DNA of 64,000 bases, taken from positions 1 through 64,000 of IMG/VR virus record IMGVR_UViG_3300010396_000045; one strand, given 5' to 3'. The translations under genes were made by a program, and so were the position numbers. The notes under the pieces are model-generated. The model was not told the origin of the DNA. It saw nothing but the letters and a program-made list of their open reading frames with translations, and ran no database searches. The stretch comes from a virus. Shown in pieces: positions 1 through 9,710 of the stretch (positions within the stretch are counted from its first letter, which is position 1; each line of letters starts with the position of its first letter).

Positions 1-1
1 G

Positions 2-283
2 GTACAAACGCAGGTCTCCCCCATAATAGCGCAAGCCTCTCAGCCTGCGCTCTCACTGCCGAATCTTACGGACCCATCAGACCTTGCAGCCGAGATCGCC
101 GCTACGCAGCAGCAGATTCAGCAGACCGAAAACGCGCTGGCATCGCTGCCTGCCGTAATAACGCAGTCCCGGTCTCAGGCGACGACATCAGCTCAGGAGC
201 TAACTGCACCCCAGCAATCGCCTCCCGCGCCAACAAGCAATAAGCGCCACGAGGACGATGACAACGACGCTGATGACCAATGA
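2..283 (+). CDS. Partial hypothetical protein (5' end outside window), Gln-rich coiled coil with acidic tail
   Basis: Open frame from position 2 (VQTQVSP...AEIAATQQQIQQTENALA...EDDDNDADDQ*); stop overlaps the next start as ATGA at 280-283. Confidence 0.6.
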   Translation, partial: VQTQVSPIIAQASQPALSLPNLTDPSDLAAEIAATQQQIQQTENALASLPAVITQSRSQATTSAQELTAPQQSPPAPTSNKRHEDDDNDADDQ

Positions 284-2067
284 AGATAGCCTGTCTGATC
301 GGAGTTACAGCCTACGCCTGGGTCGCAGCATCCAGCGCATTGCTGCTCCTCCTCCTGGGGCATCTCGAGGCGTTTACCTTCCCTTACGCCCAGTGGTTCT
401 GGCTGGCACCATACTACGCTGAGCTAGGACATTGGGGATCAGCGTTCGTCATCGGTTCCGGCCTAGCCCCAGCCATCGTCCCTATTATCCCACTAGCGGG
501 TAGCGCCAATAGGCAACCGAAGCAGCGAATGCTGACGAATCGTTGGCTGCAACCGACAAAGCGACCACAGATAGAACGAGGCGTGACGGACAATCACGGT
601 CACGCCGCCGAAATGGACGACAAGGAAGCGCTACAGAAGTTCCACTCTACGCCTCATCCGGAATACGGAGGAAAGGTAATCGGACGGCTCCCAAGCGACG
701 GCACGACGCTATACGACTGGATGGACACCGGACATACCGGCATGACGCTGGAGTTCAGCGGCAGCGGTACCGGGAAGACCTCCGCTCTGATTACCCAAAT
801 ATGTCGCTTTGAGGGTCCGAAGGTAATTAGTGACCCGTCAGGCGAGATAGCCTCAATGGTCTGGCGCAGACAGGTCGAATATGAGGGCGAGGAGAACGTC
901 CATATCGTCTCCCCCGATCCGGAGCCAAAGGACCAATACGGACACCCTGAGCCTTGGGCGCATCTAGTGCGACGCTACAACCCCATAAGCTGGATAGACC
1001 CGTCAAAGCGTATGGCAACGACAGCGGTAAGAGCCATCGCACGCTCATTCTTCGAGGAAGAGGCGGAAAGCTCCAAGGGGGGCGATAACGAATATTTCCG
1101 CAAAGCCGCACGCTCCCTAATAACGGCCATCCTAGGCGACATTATATGGAACAACGATCCTAATGCGCCACCAAAGAACCTGACCGAGATGCGGGTGATC
1201 TTGTCGCTCGGGCCAGACGCATTGCAGGACCACCTAGAGCGTCTCCGCACATCGTCCCCCTGCCACACGACACGTCTGGTAATCGGCCCAATGCTCAACT
1301 CCCTCCGAGAGTCCGGCAAAACGTTCTCCTCAGTCTGGGACGAAGCTAACCAGGCGACGATGTGGCTAACGGATCCGGACCTCGCAGCGATGGTATCCGG
1401 CAGCGACTTCGATGCGCACGCCATATGCGAGCCGACGCCAAAGTCCATAATCTTCCACCTCCCGCTGGACCTACAGCAGAGCGACCCAGCCGTAGCGCGC
1501 GTGCTCTTTGGCTCGTTCGTCTCGGCCAAGATTGCGAGCAAGACTACGAACTGGGCGCTGTTCCTACCAGACGAGCCGTGGGCCTTCGGACGGGCGAAAT
1601 GGATGGAGACCGGCATTGCCGCCGGACGCAAGCATGGCGTGGCCATGCACTTCCCTTGGCTAGACGTAGGCACGCTAGAGCGCATATGGGGCGGCTCCGC
1701 TGCGCGTAGCTTCTGGTTCTCGAGCGCTCGCGCTGTGATATTCTCGAGGGTGAATGACCCTAAGGTAGCTCGCGAAATATCGGACGTCTGTGGAACCTAC
1801 GGTGTACTAGCCCGTAGCGAGGGAACCAACAAAGGGGTCCAGGGCGGCACAGGGTTCGGACGCGTCTCTCGAGGAAGCAACGTCAGCATCCACGAGATTA
1901 AGCGTCACGTCCGTATGCCGCATGAACTGGTCCAAGACCCTGAGCGCGACGACCAGCTTGCAATTGGCTTCGGCAAGCCTCTGCCGCTGAAGCGCGCAGT
2001 CTGGATGGGCTATCCAGACCTACGACGCGAGATCGAACCAAGCCCGTATGACAGGAGAGTAGCATGA
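280..2067 (+). CDS. virD4: Type IV coupling protein, VirD4/TraG-like ATPase
   Basis: N-terminal TM segments, HGHA motif, Walker A GSGTGKT, VISDPSGE, YNP, Walker B-like LFLPDE, AAGRKHGV; lies near a relaxase. Confidence 0.88.
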   Translation: MKIACLIGVTAYAWVAASSALLLLLLGHLEAFTFPYAQWFWLAPYYAELGHWGSAFVIGSGLAPAIVPIIPLAGSANRQPKQRMLTNRWLQPTKRPQIERGVTDNHGHAAEMDDKEALQKFHSTPHPEYGGKVIGRLPSDGTTLYDWMDTGHTGMTLEFSGSGTGKTSALITQICRFEGPKVISDPSGEIASMVWRRQVEYEGEENVHIVSPDPEPKDQYGHPEPWAHLVRRYNPISWIDPSKRMATTAVRAIARSFFEEEAESSKGGDNEYFRKAARSLITAILGDIIWNNDPNAPPKNLTEMRVILSLGPDALQDHLERLRTSSPCHTTRLVIGPMLNSLRESGKTFSSVWDEANQATMWLTDPDLAAMVSGSDFDAHAICEPTPKSIIFHLPLDLQQSDPAVARVLFGSFVSAKIASKTTNWALFLPDEPWAFGRAKWMETGIAAGRKHGVAMHFPWLDVGTLERIWGGSAARSFWFSSARAVIFSRVNDPKVAREISDVCGTYGVLARSEGTNKGVQGGTGFGRVSRGSNVSIHEIKRHVRMPHELVQDPERDDQLAIGFGKPLPLKRAVWMGYPDLRREIEPSPYDRRVA

Positions 2068-2606
2068 GTATCGCAAGTTGGATCTACGACCATGCACCAG
2101 AACGCGTCCGAGACTGGATGGAACAGCGCGCGCAAGATAGGGAGGCCAGCGAGCAGTACGAAGCTTATCTGGATCGTCAGGGGCCATCAATTGATCAGGA
2201 GGCCGCCTCCGTCTTCGGCGACAGGCGAAAATACAATATCGAGCACGGAATACCGCTTACTCCATCGCAGCAAGAAGAGCAGCGCAAGGTAGATCGGATC
2301 TTCGAGCGAGAAGGTGATGACCGCGATTACGCAGCCCTCAGCCAACAGAGAACACCCAAAGAAACTAGAGCGGCTGAATGGGCGGAAGCAGATGAATATC
2401 ATGACCCAGACCGCCTAGTAGCAGACTGGTTAAAGCCTGCTGCTGAGCGAGTGGAGCTAGGGATTGAGACGCCACGTCCAGACCTCAGCCAGCAACAGCA
2501 GCAGACGCGAGACTACGTCAAGGAAATGGTCGATCGGCTGGAGGAAATAGAGCGAGAGCATCCGAAAGAGCGCAGGCAGGAGCGGGGGGAGGAGAGAGAG
2601 CGATGA
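2064..2606 (+). CDS. Hypothetical charged protein coupled to the coupling protein
   Basis: ATGA overlap; Glu/Arg-rich tail ERRQERGEERER resembles C-terminal T4SS substrate signals. Confidence 0.6.
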   Translation: MSIASWIYDHAPERVRDWMEQRAQDREASEQYEAYLDRQGPSIDQEAASVFGDRRKYNIEHGIPLTPSQQEEQRKVDRIFEREGDDRDYAALSQQRTPKETRAAEWAEADEYHDPDRLVADWLKPAAERVELGIETPRPDLSQQQQQTRDYVKEMVDRLEEIEREHPKERRQERGEERER

Positions 2607-2836
2607 GCAGGGGGATAGCTGCCGTCCAGAGAGGGCGGATTCAATCTAATCCGGGAGTGACGGCCAGCGGTTCTTCTTGGACTATAGGGAATGTGGAAGC
2701 GCCGTCCTATATGCGGGCGAAAGAGATAAGCCCCCACAGACCGTAATTCTCGATCTTGCAGTAAGCGTCCAGGACAAGCTGGAAGTAGCTAAACAGTGGG
2801 CGCTCGCATATCCGGAGCGGCCACCTGAGATATGAC

Positions 2837-3247
2837 CTACTGCTGGGAAACGACTGGCGCTGACACGGCGGGCGCCAGCGTAATCCTCTCGTCAGGCGGA
2901 TATGCAAAATTGGCCCCGCTCGCCGCGTCGACCACCACCCCAATCAACCCGCCAGCCACGATGTTCCCAAAGGTCGTCCCCTGGAACTTCGGAGACTCAG
3001 TCACATTGGCTGCCTGATACCCCGCATGTTCACAGTGGATCGCTAAATCATCCTTGCTCTTGTCCAGATGCAGACTCCCCGGCGTCGGATTTACCTGGCC
3101 GACCCGAGCCCCATGTCGGTTCACGACACAGTCAGCCCCAGGAGGGTCCGTCGAGATCGTAATCGACTGACTGGTGCCCTCGAAGATCGTCGCGCACCCA
3201 GGCAGAAACAGGACCGCGCACAAGGCGCCCAAGAGTGACTTTCCCAT
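2837..3247 (-). CDS. Lipoprotein with PEGA-like domain
   Basis: Lipobox LPGC, then ATIFEGTSQSITISTDPPGADC and GNIVAGGLIGVVVDAASGA. Confidence 0.75.
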   Translation of the reverse strand: MGKSLLGALCAVLFLPGCATIFEGTSQSITISTDPPGADCVVNRHGARVGQVNPTPGSLHLDKSKDDLAIHCEHAGYQAANVTESPKFQGTTFGNIVAGGLIGVVVDAASGANFAYPPDERITLAPAVSAPVVSQQ

Positions 3248-3413
3248 GGGACGCCCATACCGCCCCGAGAGTTACGGCGCGGTAACAGGACCCAATCAGT
3301 AGGAACTGACCGCTATACATTCTGCATACCTCTAGGCTGTAGTGAGCGGGCCGGATCGGTGTTCGACGCACAGAGACCGGCCCTAACCATGACGAACGAA
3401 TGGACCGCTCATT

Positions 3414-3665
3414 ATGGCCTCGAAGACAGTTATAGGTATTTACCCCACTGGACACGAGCCTCTGGAACTGTGTTCTTCTGATCCCCATCGGCTGATAGCG
3501 CGCCCCGAGGACGAGTTGCAGGAGATTCGAGCAGAGCTTGTGGCTGTACGCCGGCTTTTGCTGCGGATTGTGCCCAAAAGCCATGATCCAGCGTCCGACC
3601 ACATAGAGCTTGATAATTTTGATTATCACGCTGCAACTCGGGACTTCGTAAACGCGGCTATCTGA
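3414..3665 (+). CDS. Small hypothetical protein
   Basis: 83-aa ORF filling an intergenic gap; no motif recognised. Confidence 0.3.
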   Translation: MASKTVIGIYPTGHEPLELCSSDPHRLIARPEDELQEIRAELVAVRRLLLRIVPKSHDPASDHIELDNFDYHAATRDFVNAAI

Positions 3666-3739
3666 AATCCACCTAGTTACGAACCTAACGCCCGCCGATA
3701 TGCGCGTTGCAGCCTTGAGCGCTCAGTGATTACAACGCA

Positions 3740-6700
3740 CTAGCGCTCGTGGCCCTTATCGCGATCCTGCTCAGGTTCCGGCTGTTCCTGCCTGTCCAGC
3801 GCCGCTTCCGCCCGCTCGATAGCCGCCGCCACGTCATCGGACGCCTTGTCATGCAGCGCTTCGTGGTCAAACCGTGGATCGATGCCATGCAGGATATGGT
3901 GATGGTCAAGCGGCGGAGCGGAAGCCCGCGCCTCCTCAAGCCTCTGGAGATAGGCGAGCTGGATCATGTCCTCGTACATCCCCTCGTAGCCCTCACCCGA
4001 AACCAACTTCGTTGCCCACTGGTCTAAGCGCTTGTCTCCTTCCCGATGGGCGACCTCCGATACGGCCTCCTGCTGGCTCCTAGTGGCCTCTACAACGGCC
4101 TGGACGATAGGAGCCGCCTGACGCTCCTCGACCTTCCTGGGGCGGCGTAGGCGCTTCGTGGGCCTATCCCAGACCGCTTCCTTCGCAGCTATCGTCCCTC
4201 GCCGCAGACCATTCGCCATCCGAGCGAAGTCCACCCCGAGCTGCTTGACCTCCTGGCGGGCCAGATTCCGCGCCATATTGGCGATGACAAACTGCTCTAC
4301 TTTCGCTCTGGCCGTAATCTGGTTCCGAGCGTCTCCCAACGGCCTCCGGTCCTTGATTTCCTGAAGCTCAGCGCCCTGGCTGGTGACTATCCACGACCGC
4401 ACGCGATGCCTGGACGCGGCTACATAGCCCTTGAGGGCGTTCACCGCCTGGGAGCCGGACGGATACAGCGCCAAATGCTCAGTGACCGTATCACCCTGCC
4501 TAGCGTCGATCGTCATAGCGTCCCCATAGGTCAGTCGGATCCGGTCGCCTGTTGCGTCTGGCTTCTTGAACTGCTCCCAAGGAACAGAAGCGACATGCCC
4601 CTTGGCGGTAAGTAGGACTAGGCCGGTCTCCTGAATCGAAATTATCTCTGCTACCGAGCCATTGTCGCCAACGCGCCCGGGCCGTCGCGCGCCCGAGTAT
4701 GTGCCATAGACCCGGTTGAACATCCTCACCCGGTCACCAATGGCAATGGGCAAATCATATTCGGCGCCGTGCTGGTCGACGGCAGGCAGGGTCCTAGCGT
4801 CTCCGCGCACCTCTCCCCTCGCCTGCCTGCGTTCCCTAATCGCCGCGCCAACTGCTAGAACGTCAGCGTTGGTCGGCACACTGATCCCGAACCGATAACG
4901 CGGGTCGTCCTTATTTTCCCTGGTCCGCTCGTCCCATAGGTCAACAGCCTGCTTGATCGCGTCCTTGTAGTCGCCTGGCACAATCAGCAGTGTTCCATCG
5001 CCACGCTTCTGCTCGAGAGCCTCGGCAACCGTGTCCTCGTTGCCTGATCTGAATTTCAGTGTCAGCTCAGCTTCGTGCTTCCCTTGTCGGACTGTCTCCA
5101 GAAGTTCCGGAAGGTTCTGCCCCATCACATGCTCAAACAGTCGTATCGTATTGCCGGCCTGGATTGGGTTTGTCTGAAGAGAGTCGCCTAACCCCACAAG
5201 CTGGAAGCCGTGTTGCTTCTGAAGGTGGGCAATATCAAGCATCATGCCCGTACCGACCTGGGACATCTCATCAAAAATTACGACCGTGCGAGCATCCGGC
5301 GTAATATGCCCCTTGCGGACGCCAGAAATAAACGCCTGCGCGGCATATGTTTTCTGGATACCGGCATCCTCTAGCGCATGCGCCTGACGCCACGGAACGG
5401 TTATCCCGATGGTCGTGCGCTGATCCTTATGCCAAGCATCGACAAGCGGAGAAAGTAGAGTCGTTTTCCCTACTCCTGCTGCGCCAATTCCAACCGATGC
5501 GCGCCCGCTTGTCCCGAGAAGGAGAGCCATTCGCTCCTGAGCAGGCGAAAGCTCTATGCCAGTTTCACGTGCAACAAACGCTATAGAATTCCGGATCGTA
5601 TATTCGCTAAGAACAGAACTCTTATCCTGCGCGGCCTCTTGCAGGAGGCCGATAGCCTCACGCTCCCGAGCAAGGTGCTTCTCTGTCGTAAAGCGATGGA
5701 ATAGCTGGTCCTGCCCTTCAGTCTTGGTCTTCCCCCAGATCAGAGTCGTAGTCTCTCCACCCTGCTCTACTCCCTCAGTCCGATACGCCTGCGTGATCGC
5801 AAGAATATCGCGCTCCGGATCTTTGGGATTTATGCCGTGGTCAATGAGACCTTCAGCAGCAGCAATCTGCGCAACCTGTCCGTCAAAAACCGAGAGCCTA
5901 TCAAGGGATTCCGCGAGTCTCGGCAAAGACGCCTCATAGCCAGCCTTAATGCGATGCCGCCAACTTGCGAGGAACCGTTCACGCCCAGGCCTTAGAACGC
6001 TGCGGTGTTTATATCCGGCGTCCTCTGCTTGCTTTTTCCAGCTCTCTACATCAGCCTTCTGATCGTCAGGCTTGGACATTCTGCGAATTTCAATAGCTCG
6101 ATCAAGCAGAGTGACCTTGGCCTTTGGAGAGAGCGTATCCCAGTCCATTCCAATACGCTCGGCATATTTCTTCGCCGCCTCGTTGCCATTAACCGTGGCT
6201 TTGGAAAATAGCTCAACTGCCCATCGCGGAACGCTGTGGATTTCAGACATTCCCGTCCGCTTATCAAGGCCGGCTTCGACGCCATGTTCCCGTAGCTTCT
6301 GAGCAAGAAGAGCCTGATAAACCTTCCCTATCTTTTTAACTTGTCCGTTCAGGCGCTTCGTATCAATCGCGCCGACATGCTCTACTTGCCCATCCTTGAA
6401 CACCGCGACGACGTTCGGCGATACAACATGCGTATGGATCTGCATGTCCCCATCAAGGCTAGATTCCTTGAGGATAGTATCATTGCCTGAAGCTATCTGA
6501 GCGACTGGTCGAGCAGTGTAGTCCTCGAACTTCCACCAGAACATATGCCCTTTGTCGGCACCCTTACGACCAGCTTGTCCGCGCCGCGCCCAGCCTATAC
6601 GGCTCTCCAGGTAGGGCAATGCATGGTCAACCGCCCAACGGTGAGCGCCGAGGATTTTGTCCTTCTCCTCCTGGGTCTCAGCTAGAGCCCAAGCAATCGA

Positions 6701-7042
6701 GACCGACTTCGGAGCACTGAGCGTGAAGTCGTAATAGGTTATCTTCCCCTTGTTCTCGGTGCCCCTCTGGTACTGCTTGCCCGGTATCCGGTCACCATCC
6801 GTCCGCCAGCCAGCAATGACGTTCGCTAGCTCGCGTGTAGTCACAGGACGGTCGGTATCGGCGCCTAGCAACTCTCCCATCTCGGGATCCTGCTTGGCTG
6901 CTCCGGGTATATTCGCGCCGTAGTATCCGGCCGCCCGATCAGATAGCGCGATCTCCTCGTCCATGCCCTGGCGCGTGTAGTACTTCGCCATCTCCGACGC
7001 GGCGAAGCCGGACTCCGGAGCCCCCGCAGCAAAGGTCAGCAT
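3740..7042 (-). CDS. mobF: MOBF (TrwC-like) relaxase with C-terminal SF1/RecD-like helicase
   Basis: N-terminal YY...YY tyrosines, YDFTLSAPKSVS motif, HUH motif DMQIHTHVV, Walker A GAAGVGKTT, VIFDEMSQ, GDSLQ, YVAASRHR. Confidence 0.95.
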   Translation of the reverse strand: MLTFAAGAPESGFAASEMAKYYTRQGMDEEIALSDRAAGYYGANIPGAAKQDPEMGELLGADTDRPVTTRELANVIAGWRTDGDRIPGKQYQRGTENKGKITYYDFTLSAPKSVSIAWALAETQEEKDKILGAHRWAVDHALPYLESRIGWARRGQAGRKGADKGHMFWWKFEDYTARPVAQIASGNDTILKESSLDGDMQIHTHVVSPNVVAVFKDGQVEHVGAIDTKRLNGQVKKIGKVYQALLAQKLREHGVEAGLDKRTGMSEIHSVPRWAVELFSKATVNGNEAAKKYAERIGMDWDTLSPKAKVTLLDRAIEIRRMSKPDDQKADVESWKKQAEDAGYKHRSVLRPGRERFLASWRHRIKAGYEASLPRLAESLDRLSVFDGQVAQIAAAEGLIDHGINPKDPERDILAITQAYRTEGVEQGGETTTLIWGKTKTEGQDQLFHRFTTEKHLAREREAIGLLQEAAQDKSSVLSEYTIRNSIAFVARETGIELSPAQERMALLLGTSGRASVGIGAAGVGKTTLLSPLVDAWHKDQRTTIGITVPWRQAHALEDAGIQKTYAAQAFISGVRKGHITPDARTVVIFDEMSQVGTGMMLDIAHLQKQHGFQLVGLGDSLQTNPIQAGNTIRLFEHVMGQNLPELLETVRQGKHEAELTLKFRSGNEDTVAEALEQKRGDGTLLIVPGDYKDAIKQAVDLWDERTRENKDDPRYRFGISVPTNADVLAVGAAIRERRQARGEVRGDARTLPAVDQHGAEYDLPIAIGDRVRMFNRVYGTYSGARRPGRVGDNGSVAEIISIQETGLVLLTAKGHVASVPWEQFKKPDATGDRIRLTYGDAMTIDARQGDTVTEHLALYPSGSQAVNALKGYVAASRHRVRSWIVTSQGAELQEIKDRRPLGDARNQITARAKVEQFVIANMARNLARQEVKQLGVDFARMANGLRRGTIAAKEAVWDRPTKRLRRPRKVEERQAAPIVQAVVEATRSQQEAVSEVAHREGDKRLDQWATKLVSGEGYEGMYEDMIQLAYLQRLEEARASAPPLDHHHILHGIDPRFDHEALHDKASDDVAAAIERAEAALDRQEQPEPEQDRDKGHER

Positions 7043-7045
7043 AGC

Positions 7046-7318
7046 TTACCCAGGCCGGCGACGGAGTTCCGCTGTCAGTCCGTCGAGAGCCCGGGTCTGG
7101 CGGTCGATCGACGCGCGCATCTCCCGCAGCTCCTCGATCAGAGGACTAGGGCCGTCCTCGTCAGGATCCTCGCAGCAGGCCGCGTGGATGTCCTCCAGCA
7201 TCGGCGTATGGAGGTCCAGGCGTTCGATAATCGCTTCCGCGAGCTGCCCCAGCCCCTCGACGTCCAGGTCGGGCTCGCCGGCCATTGACCGTATAATTTC
7301 TCCAGTGGGTCTCGGCAT
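7046..7318 (-). CDS. Small protein upstream of the relaxase, candidate relaxosome accessory factor
   Basis: ATG at 7318 preceded by a GGAGGTG RBS; ends 3 nt before the relaxase start; lies between oriT and relaxase. Confidence 0.6.
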   Translation of the reverse strand: MPRPTGEIIRSMAGEPDLDVEGLGQLAEAIIERLDLHTPMLEDIHAACCEDPDEDGPSPLIEELREMRASIDRQTRALDGLTAELRRRPG

Positions 7319-7379
7319 TGGACACCTCCGCAGTTGTCCGGAGCAGACTATTAAATCATTCCGCAGACAAACCACAAGG

Positions 7380-7447
7380 GCGCACCGATAGGTGCAATGG
7401 TCTGAGTGACAAATCACCGCTCGGGTGAGACTCGCCTTCTGTCACTC
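7380..7447 (+). other. Predicted origin of transfer (oriT), nic site at about 7403/7404
   Basis: GCGCACCGATAGGTGCAATGGTCT closely resembles the R388 nic region GCGCACCGAAAGGTGCGTATTGTCT (recalled); further inverted repeat GAGTGACA 7404-7411 / TGTCACTC 7440-7447; sits between divergent relaxase and Stb-like operons. Confidence 0.75.
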
Positions 7448-7548
7448 CTCCGCGCCCCATCCACGCGTGTTCTGGGAGCCACACCTCAGGTAGAAGTGCT
7501 CGCATTATGCTTGCCTAGCGCTCGGGCGGGGTGGTAAGGCGCGGGAAG

Positions 7549-7968
7549 ATGGCACCCAGGATCGACACGCTACAGGCGGCTGTGAGGAGGGCGGGGTTCG
7601 ATACCCGGCGCTCGGACTTATGGCGCTACATGCGGGAGAAGCGGTCGTGGTTCGCGCAGATGCGCAGTGAGGGGGCGACCTGGCCGGCGATAGGGGCGGC
7701 TGTGAGGGAGCTTGGGATAAAGGACCGGGACGGGAAGCTGCCAACCGATGAGACGGTGCGGCAGACCTGGGCCAAGATCGAAAAGGAGCCGAGGCGGGTG
7801 GTGCTCAGGAAAGCGCACCAACCTCGTCCAGCGCTTCCAGAGGAGGTGCCCGAAGTGACGCCTGAGCGAAGCGGAGGCGGCACGGTTGCGGATTTTTCGG
7901 CTGAGCCGGAGCAGCCGAGACGGAAATTCCGGCGCGGGGCGACATTCCGGGGAACGGAGGAGGAATAG
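7549..7968 (+). CDS. StbA/TraK-like DNA-binding protein
   Basis: RSDLWRYMREKRSWF...ATWPAIGAAVRELGI...ETVRQTW helical domain; first gene after oriT; call based mainly on position. Confidence 0.5.
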   Translation: MAPRIDTLQAAVRRAGFDTRRSDLWRYMREKRSWFAQMRSEGATWPAIGAAVRELGIKDRDGKLPTDETVRQTWAKIEKEPRRVVLRKAHQPRPALPEEVPEVTPERSGGGTVADFSAEPEQPRRKFRRGATFRGTEEE

Positions 7969-8871
7969 ATGGCAAAGCGTGATGAGGCTGTGTCGGAGGT
8001 CGTGCCTCTGCGGCGGGCGAGGCGGACACTGGAAGGCGTGCCCGAGGTCTCGTTCTCAGACGGTCGGCCGCAGGTACGCGCGGTAGAGCCGGAGCGGGTT
8101 GCTGCGGTTGATCTGTCCGACAAGCAGAAGGTCTGGCTGATGCTGGGCGACGGCGGGACCGGGAAGACGACTGAGGTCCGGTTCTTGGTGGGTAGGATGG
8201 TCGAGCAGGGACGGGGAGGGGCGCTGCTTGCTGCTCTGGATCCGGGACTGCGGAGCTTGGCTTCGTGGTTCAGCGGGGTCGAGGAGCCTCCTTCGTCCGA
8301 GGCGTCTCAGGCTGCCCGATGGCTGCGGGAGCTGTTCGAGGCGCTGATGGAGGAGCCTGGGCCTGCGGTGCTGGACTTTGGCGGTGGCGGTCATGTGGCG
8401 CTTAGCCGGGTCGTAGAGGCTTCTGAACCGGGTAGCGTGCACACGATGCTTGAGGGGAGGGGGCTTGGCCTTGTGGCCTGCTATACGCTGTCTCCGCGTA
8501 TCGATGACTTGGCGGTGTTGCAGCACTTCGAGGCGGCGAAGTTCCAGCCTGAGGCGACATTGCTGCTGCTGAATACGGGGAAGGCCGATCCTACGCAGGA
8601 TGCGGAGGAGGCGTTTGAAGCGGTTCGGCGTCACTCGGCTTATCGGCGGGCGGTCGACCGGGGAGCGGTGCCGGTGTGGATGCCGACGCTTGAGGCCGAC
8701 GTGATGCAGGAGATTGAGGCCAAGCGTCTGTCGTTCGTTATGGCGCGGGACGGTCAGATTCCGCCTCGTGCCGCGTTTCCTCCGGTTGGTGGGTTCAAGC
8801 GGTCGATGGTAACGCGCTGGCTGGCTCGGATGGAGGAAGCGCATCGTCCGGTGGCGACGTGGCTGCCCTGA
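7969..8871 (+). CDS. StbB/ParA-like P-loop ATPase
   Basis: GDGGTGKTT, LAALDP, AVLDFGGG motifs; follows the StbA-like gene. Confidence 0.7.
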   Translation: MAKRDEAVSEVVPLRRARRTLEGVPEVSFSDGRPQVRAVEPERVAAVDLSDKQKVWLMLGDGGTGKTTEVRFLVGRMVEQGRGGALLAALDPGLRSLASWFSGVEEPPSSEASQAARWLRELFEALMEEPGPAVLDFGGGGHVALSRVVEASEPGSVHTMLEGRGLGLVACYTLSPRIDDLAVLQHFEAAKFQPEATLLLLNTGKADPTQDAEEAFEAVRRHSAYRRAVDRGAVPVWMPTLEADVMQEIEAKRLSFVMARDGQIPPRAAFPPVGGFKRSMVTRWLARMEEAHRPVATWLP

Positions 8872-9230
8872 CAAAACCGAACGATGACTTTCGGGCTCGG
8901 GCCGACCGAGACATCCAGAGAGCTGGGCTGACGGATGACCCATACGGCCCGCTGTACCGAAACCAAGTAGAGATCCACGAGGAGCAGAAAGAGCTAGTCG
9001 CGGCTGTTCGCTCTCTAGTCCAGCAGAAGCCTCCGCCTCTTACGCGCGGACAGATACGCTCCGCGATTACGCCAGAGGTTTTACGTGAGATGGCGCGATG
9101 GGGCGTTGCCTTCTTGCTTGCTGGTATTGTGTGCGGTGCATCCGCTGGATGGTTCGCAGGCGCGTGGCATTACGACGGTCGCTGTCGATCGGTGTATTCA
9201 GCGGATACGTGCGACAAGATAACGAGGTAG
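8859..9230 (+). CDS. Hypothetical membrane protein
   Basis: Single TM segment WGVAFLLAGIVCGASAGWFAG; operon continuity. Confidence 0.6.
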   Translation: MAALTKPNDDFRARADRDIQRAGLTDDPYGPLYRNQVEIHEEQKELVAAVRSLVQQKPPPLTRGQIRSAITPEVLREMARWGVAFLLAGIVCGASAGWFAGAWHYDGRCRSVYSADTCDKITR

Positions 9231-9231
9231 C

Positions 9232-9618
9232 ATGACGAAGCTAGTATGGGATAAGGCCCGACCCGAGCGCCTTCCTGTTTTCGAGACACGATCGCAGCGG
9301 CATGCTGGATACGACGCTGACAGAATGCTGAACCAGCAAGAGACCAGGAAGCACTTCTACCGCGACGTTCCGAAGCTAGGACACGTTGCAGTCTCTCGGC
9401 ATGCTCAGTCCCAGATGATTGCCGCCGGTATTACTCAGGAAGCGTTCGACAAGACGCTCTTGACGCCAGCCAAGCCGGATATATCAGATGGAGCGGATAT
9501 TCTTTGGCGTGAGCGCGACGGGCTTCGCATCGTGATCCTCGTTAATCCGACGCCCAATACCGGCGCTAAGCTGGTGAAGACGGTCTTTCGTGTGAAGGCT
9601 CAGGCCAAGGCAAAGTGA
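9232..9618 (+). CDS. DUF4258-like (RelE/BrnT-fold) protein
   Basis: VSRHAQSQMIAAGITQEAFDKTL...LRIVIL...LVKTVF pattern. Confidence 0.5.
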   Translation: MTKLVWDKARPERLPVFETRSQRHAGYDADRMLNQQETRKHFYRDVPKLGHVAVSRHAQSQMIAAGITQEAFDKTLLTPAKPDISDGADILWRERDGLRIVILVNPTPNTGAKLVKTVFRVKAQAKAK

Positions 9619-9710
9619 CCATGCCGAATTATACTGGTGTGAATTCCCTCATAGCGTTGGCAGATAAATACCTTACATCGCTGGAGGAATTACTAAGGGG
9701 CGCCAGGCAT

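Noticed and set aside
8056-8943. Long antisense or alternate-frame ORFs (e.g. 8056-8943, 975-1685, 16772-17644, 50122-50808, 56793-57389)
   Set aside because: Shadow ORFs of well-supported genes in GC-rich DNA, without motifs.
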